Shown here one piece after another: positions 63,373 through 64,000 of a DNA stretch of 64,000 nucleotides. Origin of the DNA: Botryllus schlosseri (lineage: Eukaryota); NCBI GenBank assembly GCA_051294905.1, contig CM119371.1, forward strand, positions 36,210,001 through 36,274,000. Reading direction: 5' to 3'. Position 1 is the stretch's first letter. Each line of letters starts with the position of its first letter. The notes under the pieces were generated by a model. That model was not told where the DNA came from, did not search any database, and was given only the letters and a program-made list of their open reading frames with translations. The translations under genes were made by a program, and so were the position numbers.

Positions 63373-64000
63373 CAGGGGTCGCCAACTCAAAATGGGTCGC
63401 AAGCCACTTTTCAAAATTCCTAGAGGCCGCGGGCCGCATGACATCAATATCGAGATTAACGTAGGCAACACAGTTTAGCAACCACGTCTGATAACTCTAC
63501 GTTATTACAATGCTGTGCTCTTTAACATGGGCGACGGGCATAGTCACCACAAAAGAGACAATATTTTATTGAACAAACACAAATACCACAAAAAGATCAT
63601 GATCATAAATTTCATTATATTTTGAACTATCAGCCGTGCACCATGCCTGACAACACTATGTAGCAGCTAAAACAGGCCTGGCCAACCTATTTGTTATTCA
63701 CGGCCGCATTTCAACTACGCATGTAGCCTGCGGCCGCATTCCGTTGCATACTCGGAATGACCTAACTGGGGCCAAATACCCACGTTAAACTGCCCAGTGC
63801 CCATGTCCATGCCCATTGCTGGTACACTCTGGACTAATACATTTACGCATATCGGCTACTATGCGCACCGAAATCGTTAGCAGTCATATTATGAAGAGCC
63901 ACAGGGATCTTTTCCGTGGTCGCGCCAAGCGCGAAAAATTTTTCATGTTCATGAGTGAATTTCGTTATTAAATAATAGTATAGTTTCACATATTACTATT
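63373..64000. mobile_element. Left part of a probable hAT MITE running off the window
   Basis: Begins CAGGGGTCGCCAAC with GCGGGCCGCA-type subterminal motifs. The right end is not seen. Confidence 0.55.

Overview
AT-rich animal genomic DNA with spliceosomal introns. An invertebrate chordate such as an ascidian is my inference from gene content and ~60-nt introns, not something the sequence proves. There are two host genes: an intronless BTB-BACK-Kelch gene (13274-14905, +) and the first 10 coding exons of a BMPER/Crossveinless-2-like vWC-repeat gene (39777-63217, +, running off the window). Most of the rest is nested transposable elements. These include an ISL2EU (PIF/Harbinger-related) element with an apparently intact spliced THAP-DDE transposase. 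A full-length CR1/L2-group LINE sits inside the GIY-YIG ORF of a 5'-truncated Penelope-like element whose inverted repeats carry a variant minimal hammerhead ribozyme. An internally deleted Kolobok element has its second gene (KolX, P2X7-ballast-like) split by a foldback element carrying a TTAGGG-containing minisatellite. At least a dozen hAT-type MITEs have 8-bp target duplications. I found no prokaryote-type system and nothing I can claim as a wholly new biological system. The best candidates for novelty are new families or variants within known TE superfamilies. All family assignments come from motif recognition, not database searches.
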